From an uncultured Verrucomicrobiae bacterium (GTDB taxonomy: Bacteria > Verrucomicrobiota > Verrucomicrobiia > Chthoniobacterales > JAFAMB01), in contig CAWIPH010000002.1 in NCBI GenBank assembly GCA_963837955.1, positions 4,128,001-4,192,000 on the forward strand: a stretch of 64,000 nucleotides of DNA, read 5' to 3'. Positions within the stretch are counted from its first letter, which is position 1, and each line of letters starts with the position of its first letter. Positions 48,671 to 59,388 of the stretch are shown here, in pieces. The position numbers were made by a program, and so were the translations under genes. The notes beneath the pieces are model-generated. The model did no database searches, was not told where the DNA came from, and saw only the letters and a program-made list of their open reading frames with translations.

Positions 48671-48906
48671 ACGCCAAGACGGCAGATCGGAAAAGAACCT
48701 CACGCAAAGTCGCAAAGACGCCAAGATTTCAGAGAAGAGAAAGGCGAAGGGATCACAGCTATCCGGTTTTCGCCTTTGCCAGTTGACCAATTGCTGGGGG
48801 AATTCTCAAGAACGCGTACATCGAGCCGCTACTAACCTTTAGTCCAAAATCTTGGCGTCTTTGCGCCTTTGCGTGAGATCCTTCCCTTCTGGCGTCTTGG
48901 TGTGAT
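48671..48906. repeat. Long imperfect inverted repeat pair (REPIN-like)
   Basis: CTCACGCAAAGTCGCAAAGACGCCAAGATTT near 48699 and AAATCTTGGCGTCTTTGCGCCTTTGCGTGAG near 48847. Confidence 0.7.
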
Positions 48907-48942
48907 CATCTCAAAAACAGTTGGCTCAACGCCAGATCGTGA

Positions 48943-49581
48943 TTGAATCACGGAGTGAATAAAGAGCCGGATTGGATACGTTGGGCACGAGAAATTCAAG
49001 CGATCGCCCAGACAGGTCTCCATTTTTCCGAAAGCACCTATGATCGAGAACGCTACGAGCGTTTGCAGGCCATCGCGGTAGAAATGTTCACGAGTGGATC
49101 GGACGCCACGGAGTCATTTATCCGCGCTAGTTTCGCAGACCAGAGCGGTTATGCCACGCCCAAGGTTGACGTCCGTGGAGTAGTCTTAAAGGAAGGTCAA
49201 TTATTGCTCGTCCGAGAGACCAGTGACGGACTGTGGACACTGCCTGGCGGTTGGGCAGATGTTAATAATTCACCTTCGGAAGCAGTAGTGCGCGAGGTAC
49301 GGGAAGAAAGCGGGTTCGTGACTCAGGCGACACGGTTGATTGCTCTGTTTGACCGGTCCAAGCATGGGCACACCCCCCCATTCCCGTTCCACGTCTACAA
49401 GCTGTTTATCGCGTGTGAATTGCTGAGCGGAAGCGCACGCACTTCGGCCGAAACCTCCGAAGTCGGATTCTTTGATCCCAACAACCTTCCTCCGCTGTCC
49501 CTGTCGCGGGTCACACCAGAGCAAATTACGCTCTGCTTACGCAGTTTGCGAGATCCTCAGAGCCCGGTGCTTTTCGACTGA
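48943..49581 (+). CDS. NUDIX hydrolase with N-terminal helical domain
   Basis: WAREIQAIAQTGL, GYATPKVDVRG and Nudix box PGGWAD..AVVREVREESG. Confidence 0.9.
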   Translation: MNHGVNKEPDWIRWAREIQAIAQTGLHFSESTYDRERYERLQAIAVEMFTSGSDATESFIRASFADQSGYATPKVDVRGVVLKEGQLLLVRETSDGLWTLPGGWADVNNSPSEAVVREVREESGFVTQATRLIALFDRSKHGHTPPFPFHVYKLFIACELLSGSARTSAETSEVGFFDPNNLPPLSLSRVTPEQITLCLRSLRDPQSPVLFD

Positions 49582-49823
49582 AGCGCACGTTTACGGTCAG
49601 CGGTTTGCCGTTCCCAGAGGGACACACCGGGAAGAGTGTTTGACAATAACTAAAAATAATTCGGCTTATGGGGTGGTCTGACCGATATCTTAACGTTTCC
49701 GAACGCCGCGATCCCAAATACGAATCGAGAACTACCGAACTTGGAATTGAAACGGGCGCTCGGCAGCAGGAACAGCACGCCGATCAACTGTAAATGGTTA
49801 ACTGCTAACCCTTAACACCTCGC

Positions 49824-50036
49824 ATGTTTACTTCGCTACTCCCGGGTTTAGCGGTTACAGCCGTCGGAATTCTCGTTCTCCGTTTCGTGCTTGGCTTTCT
49901 TCTCCGGCCTCCGCGGGCCTTGAAATTCAGACTCAAAGTGAAATTGATCCGTTTTGCCGCCTACTGGAGTGTCCGGGCGGAACGCTTTTGGAAGAATCGA
50001 AGCGACGCAAGCTCCCAGAAAAGAGAGAGAGCCTAA
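49824..50036 (+). CDS. Small hypothetical membrane protein
   Basis: Hydrophobic N-terminus and basic tail; ends 7 nt before the next ATG. Confidence 0.4.
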   Translation: MFTSLLPGLAVTAVGILVLRFVLGFLLRPPRALKFRLKVKLIRFAAYWSVRAERFWKNRSDASSQKRERA

Positions 50037-50043
50037 TGTGTCC

Positions 50044-50784
50044 ATGAAAAAAAACGTTCTTGCGCTCGTCCTGTTCTGTTTCGCCGCGTCCACCTTGGTC
50101 GCCGAGAATCAAAGGATCGATTACGGCGGAACGACCTATCTCATCCCAATACCGCCAGGGTTCGTTCGCTATGACCAAACCTTCCCAGAGCTGGCGGAAC
50201 CGACCAAGAAGGCAATCGCTTCGTTCAACGATCTCCTTAGTGCCTATGCCAGACAGGACGACCTCTTGAAGGTGCAGGCAAAGGCAAAGACTTCCTTGGG
50301 CGTCATCTGCCAGGTACAGGCCACCCGCAGCCTGCATGGCGTCGAGATCGGACCGACGGAATTCGCGGAAATTAAGAATCAGCTAAAGACGAATTATCGC
50401 TCGTTCGACATGGGCGGGATGGTAGCAAAGAGCGAAGACGCCCTCAGCGATTACATTCAAAAGGAGATGCAGGCCGATGGCGGCGTAAAGCTGAATCAGC
50501 CGCAGGTAACCGAGGTATTCGACGATCGCCCCAATTCGCTGAGTTTTACCGTAGTGGTCAATGTCCAGATCACAGGAAACGGACAAACTAAGACCGTTCC
50601 CGGCGTTAGCATCGGCTCGATGGTGAATGTTCATAAAAGGGCGATTAATCTCTACTGCGCAACCCGATACGACGGACCAGAGTCAATCAAGGAAGCCAAG
50701 ACGGTTCTCGTCCAATGGAGAGATCAGGTTCTGCAGACGAATAATGCCGATGCCGCTAGCGGTGCGCCGGCTCCGGCTGATTAG
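50044..50784 (+). CDS. Secreted hypothetical protein
   Basis: Signal peptide MKKNVLALVLFCFAASTLVA followed by a soluble domain. Confidence 0.7.
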   Translation: MKKNVLALVLFCFAASTLVAENQRIDYGGTTYLIPIPPGFVRYDQTFPELAEPTKKAIASFNDLLSAYARQDDLLKVQAKAKTSLGVICQVQATRSLHGVEIGPTEFAEIKNQLKTNYRSFDMGGMVAKSEDALSDYIQKEMQADGGVKLNQPQVTEVFDDRPNSLSFTVVVNVQITGNGQTKTVPGVSIGSMVNVHKRAINLYCATRYDGPESIKEAKTVLVQWRDQVLQTNNADAASGAPAPAD

Positions 50785-51080
50785 ATAGTTCGTCCTCGTG
50801 CTTCCGCCGTCGCGCACGCACATCTGCCATAATCTTTAAAAACACGCGAGCTATGGCGGACAGGCTGTCGTCGTCGTCCTCGAATTGGTTGACCCGCGTT
50901 TTTCGTAAAAGAACCGCGAACGGACCCGAACAAAGACGACTTATGTATGTCTATTCGTGATCGCGTAATCTCGCAAGGTAACGGTCGACCGCCTCGAGGA
51001 CGAGCACGATTAGAATCAACAATGGCCGGCGCTTTCCTTTATCCAGGAGTTGCTTACCTGGGCGACGCCGGGATCCGAGA

Positions 51081-52361
51081 TTATCCCTGGAGCAACAGGC
51101 GCGTCGGATCTTCGATACACTCTTTTACCCTGACCAGAAAAGTCACCGCTTCCTGCCCATCGACCACTCGGTGGTCATAACTCAGGGCAAGATACATCAT
51201 CGGTCTTATCTCGATCTTTTCTCCGATTGCTACCGGCCGGTTCTGTATTTTGTGCATCCCCAGGATCCCGCTTTGCGGAGGATTTAGAATCGGTGTACTG
51301 AGCAGCGAGCCATAAATTCCGCCGTTGGTGATGGTGAAAACGCCACCGACCAAATCATCGAGCTGCAGCTTTCCCTCCCGCGCTTTTGCCGCGAATTTCG
51401 CAACATCCTGTTCGAGCTGAGCAAAGGCTTTCTTATCAGCATCCCGGATTACCGGCACGACCAATCCTCGCTCGGTGCCAACGGCTACACCGATATCGTA
51501 GAAATGGTTCTCAATGAGGTCATCCCCATCCAACCGCGCATTGATAGCGGGAACGCTTTGCAGCGCGTCAACGACCGCCTTCACGAAAAAAGACATGAAT
51601 CCGAGTTTGATGCCGTGCCGCTTTTGGAAATTCTCCTGATAGCGCGACCGGAGCTGCATCACCGCAGACATGTCGACCTCATTGAAGGTCGTCAGCATCG
51701 CTGCGTTCTGCTGCGCCATTACAAGCTGCGCCGCGATTTTCTTTCGCAACGGAGACATCTTGCGACGAGTAAATCGCTCTACCGCCTTGTCTATGGATGA
51801 ATCTTTCGTCGTTTCGGAAGAAGCCGGAGGCTGAGAGATCTGTTCTACTGGAGCGGCGCTCTCCTGTGGAATCGCGGGCTTCTGGTTCTCCAGGTAGTTG
51901 ACGATATCCTCTTTGGTGACCTGCCCGTGTTTTCCCGTACCTTGAACCTTTTCCAGAGGAACGCTTTCTTCGTCCGCCAAGCGCCGAACTGCCGGCGACA
52001 ACCCGCTCTTAGCCCCGTCCCCCGCTTCGGGAGACACGGCTACGCGCTCGGCCGCTACAGGGATCGTCTCGGTTTTCTGAGTGCCGCCGGATGCCTCCAC
52101 TGGGGCAGGCGCCGATCCGATTTTGGCTGTCTCATCGATGGTGGCCACTACCTGACCAATCTTCACTTCCTGGCCCGCCTCGACTCGGATTCGGATGGCT
52201 CCGGTTCCCGGGGCCGGGATTTCAGTCGATATCTTGTCAGTCTCGAGCATAAGAATAGGCTCACCGTCCTTGACCAAGTCACCATCTTTCTTGAGCCAGG
52301 CGGAAAGCAATCCTGACGTAATCGACTCGCCCACCGCAGGAATCTTCACTTCGATGCTCAT
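51081..52361 (-). CDS. sucB: 2-oxoglutarate dehydrogenase E2 (dihydrolipoamide succinyltransferase)
   Basis: Lipoyl [36 protein letters not shown] and YDHRVVDG. Confidence 0.96.
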   Translation of the reverse strand: MSIEVKIPAVGESITSGLLSAWLKKDGDLVKDGEPILMLETDKISTEIPAPGTGAIRIRVEAGQEVKIGQVVATIDETAKIGSAPAPVEASGGTQKTETIPVAAERVAVSPEAGDGAKSGLSPAVRRLADEESVPLEKVQGTGKHGQVTKEDIVNYLENQKPAIPQESAAPVEQISQPPASSETTKDSSIDKAVERFTRRKMSPLRKKIAAQLVMAQQNAAMLTTFNEVDMSAVMQLRSRYQENFQKRHGIKLGFMSFFVKAVVDALQSVPAINARLDGDDLIENHFYDIGVAVGTERGLVVPVIRDADKKAFAQLEQDVAKFAAKAREGKLQLDDLVGGVFTITNGGIYGSLLSTPILNPPQSGILGMHKIQNRPVAIGEKIEIRPMMYLALSYDHRVVDGQEAVTFLVRVKECIEDPTRLLLQG

Positions 52362-52376
52362 GCGAATTGCTCTTGC

Positions 52377-55139
52377 TTAAAGAGTGAAGGCTTGATGTAC
52401 AAGTTCCTTCTGCTGCCGGTCGTGCCACGCCTTGGAGCCTACTGCCGGGCTGGCAGCTTCGGCGCGTCCCGCGTACCAAATGGGCACTTCGCCAAGAGAG
52501 CTGAACAACTGAAAAATGTAACTCCATGCACCCATATTCTTCGGTTCGTCTTGGCACCATACCCATTTCGAGGATGTCGAAAAAGGTTTGATCATTTTCG
52601 TGAGTGTCTCGAGGTGCAAAGGATAGAGCTGTTCGATTCTGATCAACGCAGCATCCTTTACTTGATTAGTCTCTAGATAAGCCAGCAAGTCGTAGTACAC
52701 CTTGCCGCTGCTGAAAATCAGACGTTGCACGTCCTTTTCACTACCAAGCAGCGTTGGCGGCAGAATTGGCTGGAAGCTAGAGTCCGTAAAATCTTCCAGT
52801 CGAGAAACCGCTCGCTCGCTCCGCAGCATCGATTTTGGCGTCATCAAGATGAGCGGCTTTCGAAAATCGCGCTTCACTTGCCGGCGCAATACGTGGAAAT
52901 ACTGGGCGGGGGTTGTCAGATTGCAAACCTGCATATTTTCCTCGGCGCAAAGTTGCAGATAGCGCTCTAAACGAGCACTGGAGTGTTCCGGGCCCTGGCC
53001 TTCATAACCGTGAGGCAATAGCAAAACAATGCCACTTGGTCGCTGCCACTTTGATTCTGAGCTCGCGATGAATTGGTCAATGACAACCTGAGCGCCGTTG
53101 GCAAAATCGCCAAACTGAGCCTCCCACAAGCAGAGCATGTCGGGGAAATCCAACGAATAGCCGTAGTCGAAACCGAGAACGGCAGCTTCGGATAACATGC
53201 TGTTGTAGACACAAAACCGAGCCTGGTCCGGACTTAGGTTGGCTAGAGGTATATAGCGTTCCCGGGTCTCAACATCGTAAAGCACAGAGTGCCTTTGGCT
53301 GAAGGTACCGCGCCGGCTATCCTGTCCAGAGAGACGGACCGGCGTTCCCTCGATTAAGAGAGATCCGAACGCCAGAGCCTCCGCGTATGACCAATCGAAT
53401 GGGCCGCCCTCGGCATACTGTTTTTTTCGTCGCTCCAAAATCATCTTTCGGATTTGCGGTTGAACCCGGAATCCGTCAGGCACCTGGGTAATGCGGTCGA
53501 CGATGTGATTGATCGTTTTTGGCGAAACCCGCGTGTCCGGTTCTTCGTGGCTATAGGGCGGCTGAAAAACGGCGCTCGATTCCTCAAATCTTCGCTGCAG
53601 ATCGCTTTTCGATTTTCCGTCAGAACTCCTGACTTCGGTCAACGAGCTCTCCAAACGACCACGGAACTCATTTTCCAGAGCCTCCGCCTCCGTCGCAGTT
53701 AACACGCCCGATTCGAGTAAGCGACCTTTGAATATTTTCGTTACAGCTGGGTGACTATGGATCGTCTTGTACAGCTTCGGCTGGGTAAAGCTCGGTTCAT
53801 CCGTTTCATTATGCCCGTAGCGACGGTAGCAGTACATATCAACAACGACATCGCACCCGAAGGTCTGACGAAACTCAAACGCAGTTTGCGCGACAAATGC
53901 GACCGCTAGCGGATCATCGCCATTCACATGAAAGATGGGTGCCTCGATCATCTTGGCCACATCGGTGCAATACATCGTTGAACGCGCATCAGCCGGAAGC
54001 GTGGTAAAGCCGATTTGATTGTTAACAATCACGTGGACGGTTCCACCCGTTTCGTAACCCGGCAGTTGCGAGAGATTTAAGACCTCAGCCACGATCCCCT
54101 GGCCAGCAAAAGCAGCGTCTCCGTGGAGCAACAGCGGCAATACCTTTTTTCTTTCTTCGGTATCTCCGAGAATACGTTGTCGAGCGCGCGCGTTGCCTTC
54201 CACCACAGGGTTAACAATCTCCAAGTGACTCGGGTTTGCGGCTAACCGAATACCAACTTCGGCTGAACCAATCTTCCGAAAACTTTCGTAACCGAGGTGG
54301 TACTTCACGTCGCCGTCTCCCGCTACGAGGTCGGGAACGTAGTTCTCTGAAAACTCTTTGAAGATAACGTCGTATGACTTCTTCAAGAAATTCGCCAGAA
54401 CCGTCAGTCGACCTCGATGGGCCATCCCCATCACGATCTCTTGCACACCGGCCGGAGGACAATCGTTTAAGATAGTCTCCAGAATGACCATCAAACTTTC
54501 GCTGCCCTGAAGGGAGAACCGCTTCTGGCCAATGAACTTCGTGTGCACAAATTGCTCAAAGGTTTCGGCCTCCATTAACCAGCGCAAATACTGCTTTTGG
54601 CGAGCCGCATCGGGCGGCGGAGTCATGACTCGCGCTTCCATTCTTTGTCGGAGCCATTCCCGCTTCGACCGGTCCTGAATGTGCATGAATTCGATGCCGA
54701 TGGTGTCGGAGTAGGTCGCGCGAAGACTCTTTAACAGCTCTCCGAACGGCATCGGACTAGCATCGCGAAAATAGCGGGATGAAACGATGATGTCTGGCGG
54801 TGTATCTTCCAAGCCGAACTCTTTGACTGCCAATGCCGGCTGCTCCGGAGTCGCCTCGCTTAGTGGATCGAGCTTCGCCTGAGTGTGCCCGAGTATTCGA
54901 TAATTATTGACGAGGCTATCGACCCGATTCCTAAGCTGGGCATCCAGGCCCTCGAGAGGGGGTGCCTCGACAGTGCCTTTCCCATTGCGAGTCGGGGAGA
55001 GCCCAAGTTCAAAGCCCTCGAAAAAAGCGGACCAAGTCGGATCAACCGATGTCGGATCTTTTTTCCAACGTTGATGGTACTCGTCTAGAAGATCGGCATT
55101 CCAATCGTTCAAATACGAAGTTCTCATGTTTTTGCTCAT
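52377..55139 (-). CDS. sucA: 2-oxoglutarate dehydrogenase E1
   Basis: GMAHRGRL, GDVKYHLG, HGDAAFAGQG, RLSGQD, WEAQFGDF and PHGYEGQGPEHSSAR. Confidence 0.97.
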   Translation of the reverse strand: MSKNMRTSYLNDWNADLLDEYHQRWKKDPTSVDPTWSAFFEGFELGLSPTRNGKGTVEAPPLEGLDAQLRNRVDSLVNNYRILGHTQAKLDPLSEATPEQPALAVKEFGLEDTPPDIIVSSRYFRDASPMPFGELLKSLRATYSDTIGIEFMHIQDRSKREWLRQRMEARVMTPPPDAARQKQYLRWLMEAETFEQFVHTKFIGQKRFSLQGSESLMVILETILNDCPPAGVQEIVMGMAHRGRLTVLANFLKKSYDVIFKEFSENYVPDLVAGDGDVKYHLGYESFRKIGSAEVGIRLAANPSHLEIVNPVVEGNARARQRILGDTEERKKVLPLLLHGDAAFAGQGIVAEVLNLSQLPGYETGGTVHVIVNNQIGFTTLPADARSTMYCTDVAKMIEAPIFHVNGDDPLAVAFVAQTAFEFRQTFGCDVVVDMYCYRRYGHNETDEPSFTQPKLYKTIHSHPAVTKIFKGRLLESGVLTATEAEALENEFRGRLESSLTEVRSSDGKSKSDLQRRFEESSAVFQPPYSHEEPDTRVSPKTINHIVDRITQVPDGFRVQPQIRKMILERRKKQYAEGGPFDWSYAEALAFGSLLIEGTPVRLSGQDSRRGTFSQRHSVLYDVETRERYIPLANLSPDQARFCVYNSMLSEAAVLGFDYGYSLDFPDMLCLWEAQFGDFANGAQVVIDQFIASSESKWQRPSGIVLLLPHGYEGQGPEHSSARLERYLQLCAEENMQVCNLTTPAQYFHVLRRQVKRDFRKPLILMTPKSMLRSERAVSRLEDFTDSSFQPILPPTLLGSEKDVQRLIFSSGKVYYDLLAYLETNQVKDAALIRIEQLYPLHLETLTKMIKPFSTSSKWVWCQDEPKNMGAWSYIFQLFSSLGEVPIWYAGRAEAASPAVGSKAWHDRQQKELVHQAFTL

Positions 55140-55275
55140 TATGAGCAGCGGACCAGCAATTTAAATGAACTTGAATAGGACCCAAACGAATTTTTAGACA
55201 ATTTTGGTTCAGAGATGACTGTTTGACACCGCCGTTCGGTGACGATACCAACTGCTTGAGCAGTTCGCTCGCCGG

Positions 55276-56121
55276 ATGAAAAGCTGTCATTCTTTCTTGG
55301 TAGGCTACCTGCTCTGCCTGCTAGGCACTGGTAGTTTTGGACAATCTGATCCGGCATCCGAACCGGCGGTCACCGCGATCCGGGCGGTTTTACCTGCGGT
55401 GGTAAATATCAACACCGAGCGGTTAGTGCAGCGGCAGGTTCGCGATTCAGAGGACGAAGTATACGATCGCTATTTTGGCGGTCCGACCCGCCGGCGGATC
55501 GAAATTCGTCAACGCGTGAAAAGCTTAGGATCTGGCTTTCTCGTCGATCCCAGTGGATTGATTGTCACGAATGAACATGTTGTCCAGCGGGCGCAGGATC
55601 TGAAGATTAAGGTAACTTTGAATGACGGCAGGTCGTTCAATGCTCGTTACGTGGCTGGCGATCCCGCTTCCGATCTTGCTTTAATTCGCATAGAAGATGG
55701 CGGCGTGTTGCCTTATATCGATCTCAATAAACTGTCACCTAATCTCCTGGGAGAAACGGTTCTTGTTCTCGGTAATCCGCTGGGCTACGGAAGCTCGGTG
55801 AGTCGGGGCATCCTGAGCGCCACTAACCGCGCGGTGACGGTAAAAGGAACTGAGTACCGCAACATGTTGCAGACAGATGCCGCCATAAACCCGGGCAATA
55901 GCGGAGGGCCGCTTATTGATCTTTCGGGCTCGCTCATCGGGGTAAGTTCAGTAAAAATGGCGTTTACCTCCCAAGGGATCCCGACCCAGGGCCTTGGGTT
56001 TGCGATCCCGGCAGACACTGTCCGCGCAAAGGTCGAACAACTTAAGCAAACCGGCTCCAACCTCAACAGTCGTCAACGCAGTTCTCAACCCAAAGCCGGT
56101 AGACCACCGAACCTACTCTGA
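55276..56121 (+). CDS. HtrA/DegS-like trypsin serine protease without PDZ domain
   Basis: Signal peptide; SLGSGF, TNEHVV, SDLA and QTDAAINPGNSGGPL. Confidence 0.88.
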   Translation: MKSCHSFLVGYLLCLLGTGSFGQSDPASEPAVTAIRAVLPAVVNINTERLVQRQVRDSEDEVYDRYFGGPTRRRIEIRQRVKSLGSGFLVDPSGLIVTNEHVVQRAQDLKIKVTLNDGRSFNARYVAGDPASDLALIRIEDGGVLPYIDLNKLSPNLLGETVLVLGNPLGYGSSVSRGILSATNRAVTVKGTEYRNMLQTDAAINPGNSGGPLIDLSGSLIGVSSVKMAFTSQGIPTQGLGFAIPADTVRAKVEQLKQTGSNLNSRQRSSQPKAGRPPNLL

Positions 56122-56159
56122 CGCAACCAACGCGAATTCACCTTCGTCTTGCTACTCTA

Positions 56160-57092
56160 ATGATCAAAGTCGAGCGGCTCACCAAAAAATACGCGGGTGT
56201 TACGGGCATCGACCAGATCAGCTTTGAAGTCGGTAAGGGAGAAATTGTGGGTTTTCTCGGGCCAAACGGAGCCGGAAAAACCACGACGATGCGGATTTTG
56301 GCCAGCTACATGCCGGCCAGTTCCGGTCGTGCCTGGGTTGCCGGCTTCGACGTTTTTTCGGAATCTCTTAGTGCGCGACGACATCTCGGCTACCTTCCCG
56401 AGAATGTCCCTCTCTATCATGATATGCGGGTTAACGAGTACCTTCGCTATCGCGGGGCCCTCAAAGGCTTGTCCGGCGGACGTTTGAAGAATCGGCTTGG
56501 AATCATCAAGGAGCTGTGCGGTTTGCCCGAAGTAGGACGAAAAAAAATCTCAGGTTTATCAAAAGGCTTTCGGCAGCGAGTCGGCCTGGCCGAAGCGATG
56601 ATTCATGAGCCCGATCTGCTCATTCTGGATGAACCGACGATCGGTCTCGACCCGAACCAGATTCGCCAAGTACGCGAGCTCATCAAATCATTAGGCGAAC
56701 GCCATACCATACTGTTATCCACCCACATTCTTTCGGAGGTCGAAGCGACTTGCTCCCGCGTGATTATTATTAATCGGGGTAGAATTGAAGCCTCCGATAC
56801 GCCCGATAATTTGGTGAACCAGCTCCGAACCTCGGGACTGTTGCGCCTGGAAGTCAAATGCGGCTCGGAAGATCCCGTATCTTATCTATCGGAAGTATCT
56901 GGCGTTCGCGAAGTCCGAGTTGTCTCGAACGGCGAGTGGCGATCCTTTGAGATCCGAACCGAGGCTAATAGCGATCCGCGTGAACAGATTTTTCGGTTGG
57001 CCGTTGGACGCAAATGGGTAATCCGAGAATTAAGTAAAGAGCGCGCCACTCTGGAAGATGCCTTTGTCGAACTTACCCACACGGATCGTTAG
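56160..57092 (+). CDS. ABC transporter ATP-binding protein (GldA-like)
   Basis: GPNGAGKTT, LSKGFRQR, LDEPT and STH. Confidence 0.92.
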   Translation: MIKVERLTKKYAGVTGIDQISFEVGKGEIVGFLGPNGAGKTTTMRILASYMPASSGRAWVAGFDVFSESLSARRHLGYLPENVPLYHDMRVNEYLRYRGALKGLSGGRLKNRLGIIKELCGLPEVGRKKISGLSKGFRQRVGLAEAMIHEPDLLILDEPTIGLDPNQIRQVRELIKSLGERHTILLSTHILSEVEATCSRVIIINRGRIEASDTPDNLVNQLRTSGLLRLEVKCGSEDPVSYLSEVSGVREVRVVSNGEWRSFEIRTEANSDPREQIFRLAVGRKWVIRELSKERATLEDAFVELTHTDR

Positions 57093-57095
57093 TCA

Positions 57096-57854
57096 GTGAT
57101 GAGAAGGTTTTTCACATTGCTAGCGAGAGAATTTGCTGCGTTTTACTATTCGCCGATTGCCTATGTTGTACTTTTTTTCTTCCTGATCCTGAACGGACTT
57201 TCGTTTTGGTTCGCTCTGGCACTGCTTAGCCGAGGACCTTCCGAACTAACTCTCGTCCAAGCTTTTTTTAATACGCTATTCTTTTGGATCGCTTATCTTC
57301 TGGTATTCCCGGTCATCACCATGCGCCTTTTCTCCGAGGAATTTAAGCTGGGAACGATCGAAACATTGATGACTGCACCGGTTCGAGATTGGGAAGTTGT
57401 TGCATCCAAATTTCTAGCTGCGTTGATCTTCTATCTGAGCATGTGGCTGCCGAGCGCTCTCTATTTCTTAATCTTTAGTTGGCTAGGTACCCGAAGCGTA
57501 GTCGGCGCCGGCGCCCAAATTTGGGGTCCCTACCTGCTGTTGCTGGTTATGGGCATGTTCAACGTATCGCTCGGCTGTTTGGCCTCGTCGCTTACGTCAA
57601 ACCAAATAATTGCGGCCATGATGGCGTTGGTCTTCGTCCTGGGAATCTTCTTTCTGACGATGATCAATTACGTCATCAACAGCTCGTCGCCCTGGTTACG
57701 GGATTTGACCGCGTACGTAGCCCAGCTCGATCACATGGAATCCTTCTCGCGAGGGATCATTGATACGCGCCCCTTAGTTTTCTATCCAACCTTTGCGCTC
57801 CTTTTTTTGATCCTGACCTATCACGTATTCCAGTACCGACGCTGGAAAGTGTAG
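57096..57854 (+). CDS. ABC-2 permease (GldF-like)
   Basis: SPIAY, TMRLFSEE, GTIETLMTAPV, TSNQIIA and RGIID. Confidence 0.88.
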   Translation: MMRRFFTLLAREFAAFYYSPIAYVVLFFFLILNGLSFWFALALLSRGPSELTLVQAFFNTLFFWIAYLLVFPVITMRLFSEEFKLGTIETLMTAPVRDWEVVASKFLAALIFYLSMWLPSALYFLIFSWLGTRSVVGAGAQIWGPYLLLLVMGMFNVSLGCLASSLTSNQIIAAMMALVFVLGIFFLTMINYVINSSSPWLRDLTAYVAQLDHMESFSRGIIDTRPLVFYPTFALLFLILTYHVFQYRRWKV

Positions 57855-57870
57855 CTCCGAGATCTCCGTC

Positions 57871-59385
57871 ATGGCCCGAAAGGTTGTTTCATCCCTTCAC
57901 CAGCAGCGAGTCCGCACCGCCGTCAATGTCGCTCTGCAGATCTCACTCGCGGTGTTGATCGTCTTGATGTTGAACTATCTGAGCTTCAATCGATTCGCTC
58001 GCTGGGATCTTTCCCGAAATAGCAAATACGCGCTCTCCGGGCTTACCCGAAAGTTTCTTGGTTCGTTAAAAAAGGAGGTAAAAGCCTATATCTTCTTTTC
58101 CAGTACGGCCACGAAGTCACCCGGCGCCGAGCTGTATAATGACGTTGAGACCATCCTTAAAGAATACGAGTACGCTGGAAAACGGCATATCCGGGTGGAA
58201 ACCGTTGATCCCTATCGCGACATCGCTCGGGCGAGAGAACTGCAAGAAAAATTCCGGTTTGGAAGTAGTGACAATATCATCATCTTGGATTGCGAAGGTC
58301 GACAGAAGACGATCCGAGCCATAGATCTTGCTGACTACGGTTCCTCCGGGATGTTTGATGATAACCAGGCTCCGGAAATCAAAGACTTCAAAGGCGAGCA
58401 GGTACTGACCAGTGCACTGATCGAACTAGTTCAAGATAAAACGCCCAAGGTTGGCATGATTAGCGGCCACGGCGAGGCATCTTTCAATGATGATCCAGCC
58501 CTCGGCCGTTTCCGCGATTTACTCCAAGGTGCCCATCTTCAGCTCGAAAAGATTAGCCTGAGCGACCTCGACAGAATCCCCTCCGACTACGCCGTAGTGA
58601 TGCTAGCCGGTCCGCAATACGACCTGACTGCTCGTGAGGTGGAACTGCTTCGAAGATTTTGGAACGAAGACGGGCGTCTGTTTGTGCTGCTAAACGGGCG
58701 TGCCAAGACACCGACACTCGATACATTCTTGGAAGAACTAGGACTCCATCCAGACGACGATCTCATCGTCACGAGCGTAAAAACTGGAATTCAGGAGGAA
58801 GCCATTACTCTCGACGTTTATGCTCAAGTATTGGGGAGTGCCAAATTTCTCAAATCACTTAATCAGGTGGTCGCCTATTTCCCGGCGGGAAGCCGATCGA
58901 TTGGTTCTGACGAACAAAGGCTGAAGCAACTCGGCATCAGCGCGTCTCAGCTGTTAACGCCAGCTGTATCCACTTATTGGGGTGAGAAAGAAGACTTTCT
59001 CCACTCCAATAGCGATCCCATCTTTCATCAAGGCACAGATCTTTCGCCACCACTCTTTCTGGGTTGGGCCTTGGAAAAAGGCTCGATCGAAGATCAGCGA
59101 GTCCAAGTTCGCTCCTCGTCTCGCTTAGTCTTGATTGGGAATAGCGATTTCATTCGAGACGAATCGTTGACTCGCGCAGCTCCCGATGTCGATTTCCTTC
59201 TGTTATGCGTAAACTGGTTAACCGATCGAGAGCAGCTACTCGCCATTGCGCCAAAAACACCTCATGCCTACATGTTGGATTTGAGGCCGATTCAGATGGA
59301 ACGCATTTTGTTCCTCACGGTCATCGGCATTCCGCTGTTGGTCGCCATGCTTGGCATCGCGGTTTGGGCTGTTAGGCGGCGATAA
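57871..59385 (+). CDS. GldG-like ABC auxiliary protein
   Basis: RWDLS..YALS, GEQVLTSAL, GHGE, LIGNSDF, VNWL and C-terminal TM ending WAVRRR. Confidence 0.85.
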   Translation: MARKVVSSLHQQRVRTAVNVALQISLAVLIVLMLNYLSFNRFARWDLSRNSKYALSGLTRKFLGSLKKEVKAYIFFSSTATKSPGAELYNDVETILKEYEYAGKRHIRVETVDPYRDIARARELQEKFRFGSSDNIIILDCEGRQKTIRAIDLADYGSSGMFDDNQAPEIKDFKGEQVLTSALIELVQDKTPKVGMISGHGEASFNDDPALGRFRDLLQGAHLQLEKISLSDLDRIPSDYAVVMLAGPQYDLTAREVELLRRFWNEDGRLFVLLNGRAKTPTLDTFLEELGLHPDDDLIVTSVKTGIQEEAITLDVYAQVLGSAKFLKSLNQVVAYFPAGSRSIGSDEQRLKQLGISASQLLTPAVSTYWGEKEDFLHSNSDPIFHQGTDLSPPLFLGWALEKGSIEDQRVQVRSSSRLVLIGNSDFIRDESLTRAAPDVDFLLLCVNWLTDREQLLAIAPKTPHAYMLDLRPIQMERILFLTVIGIPLLVAMLGIAVWAVRRR

Positions 59386-59388
59386 ACG

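Noticed and set aside
14850..51000. Integrative genomic island or prophage
   Set aside because: No integrase, transposase, phage genes or flanking att repeats seen; the tRNA-Leu 3' end is not visibly duplicated.
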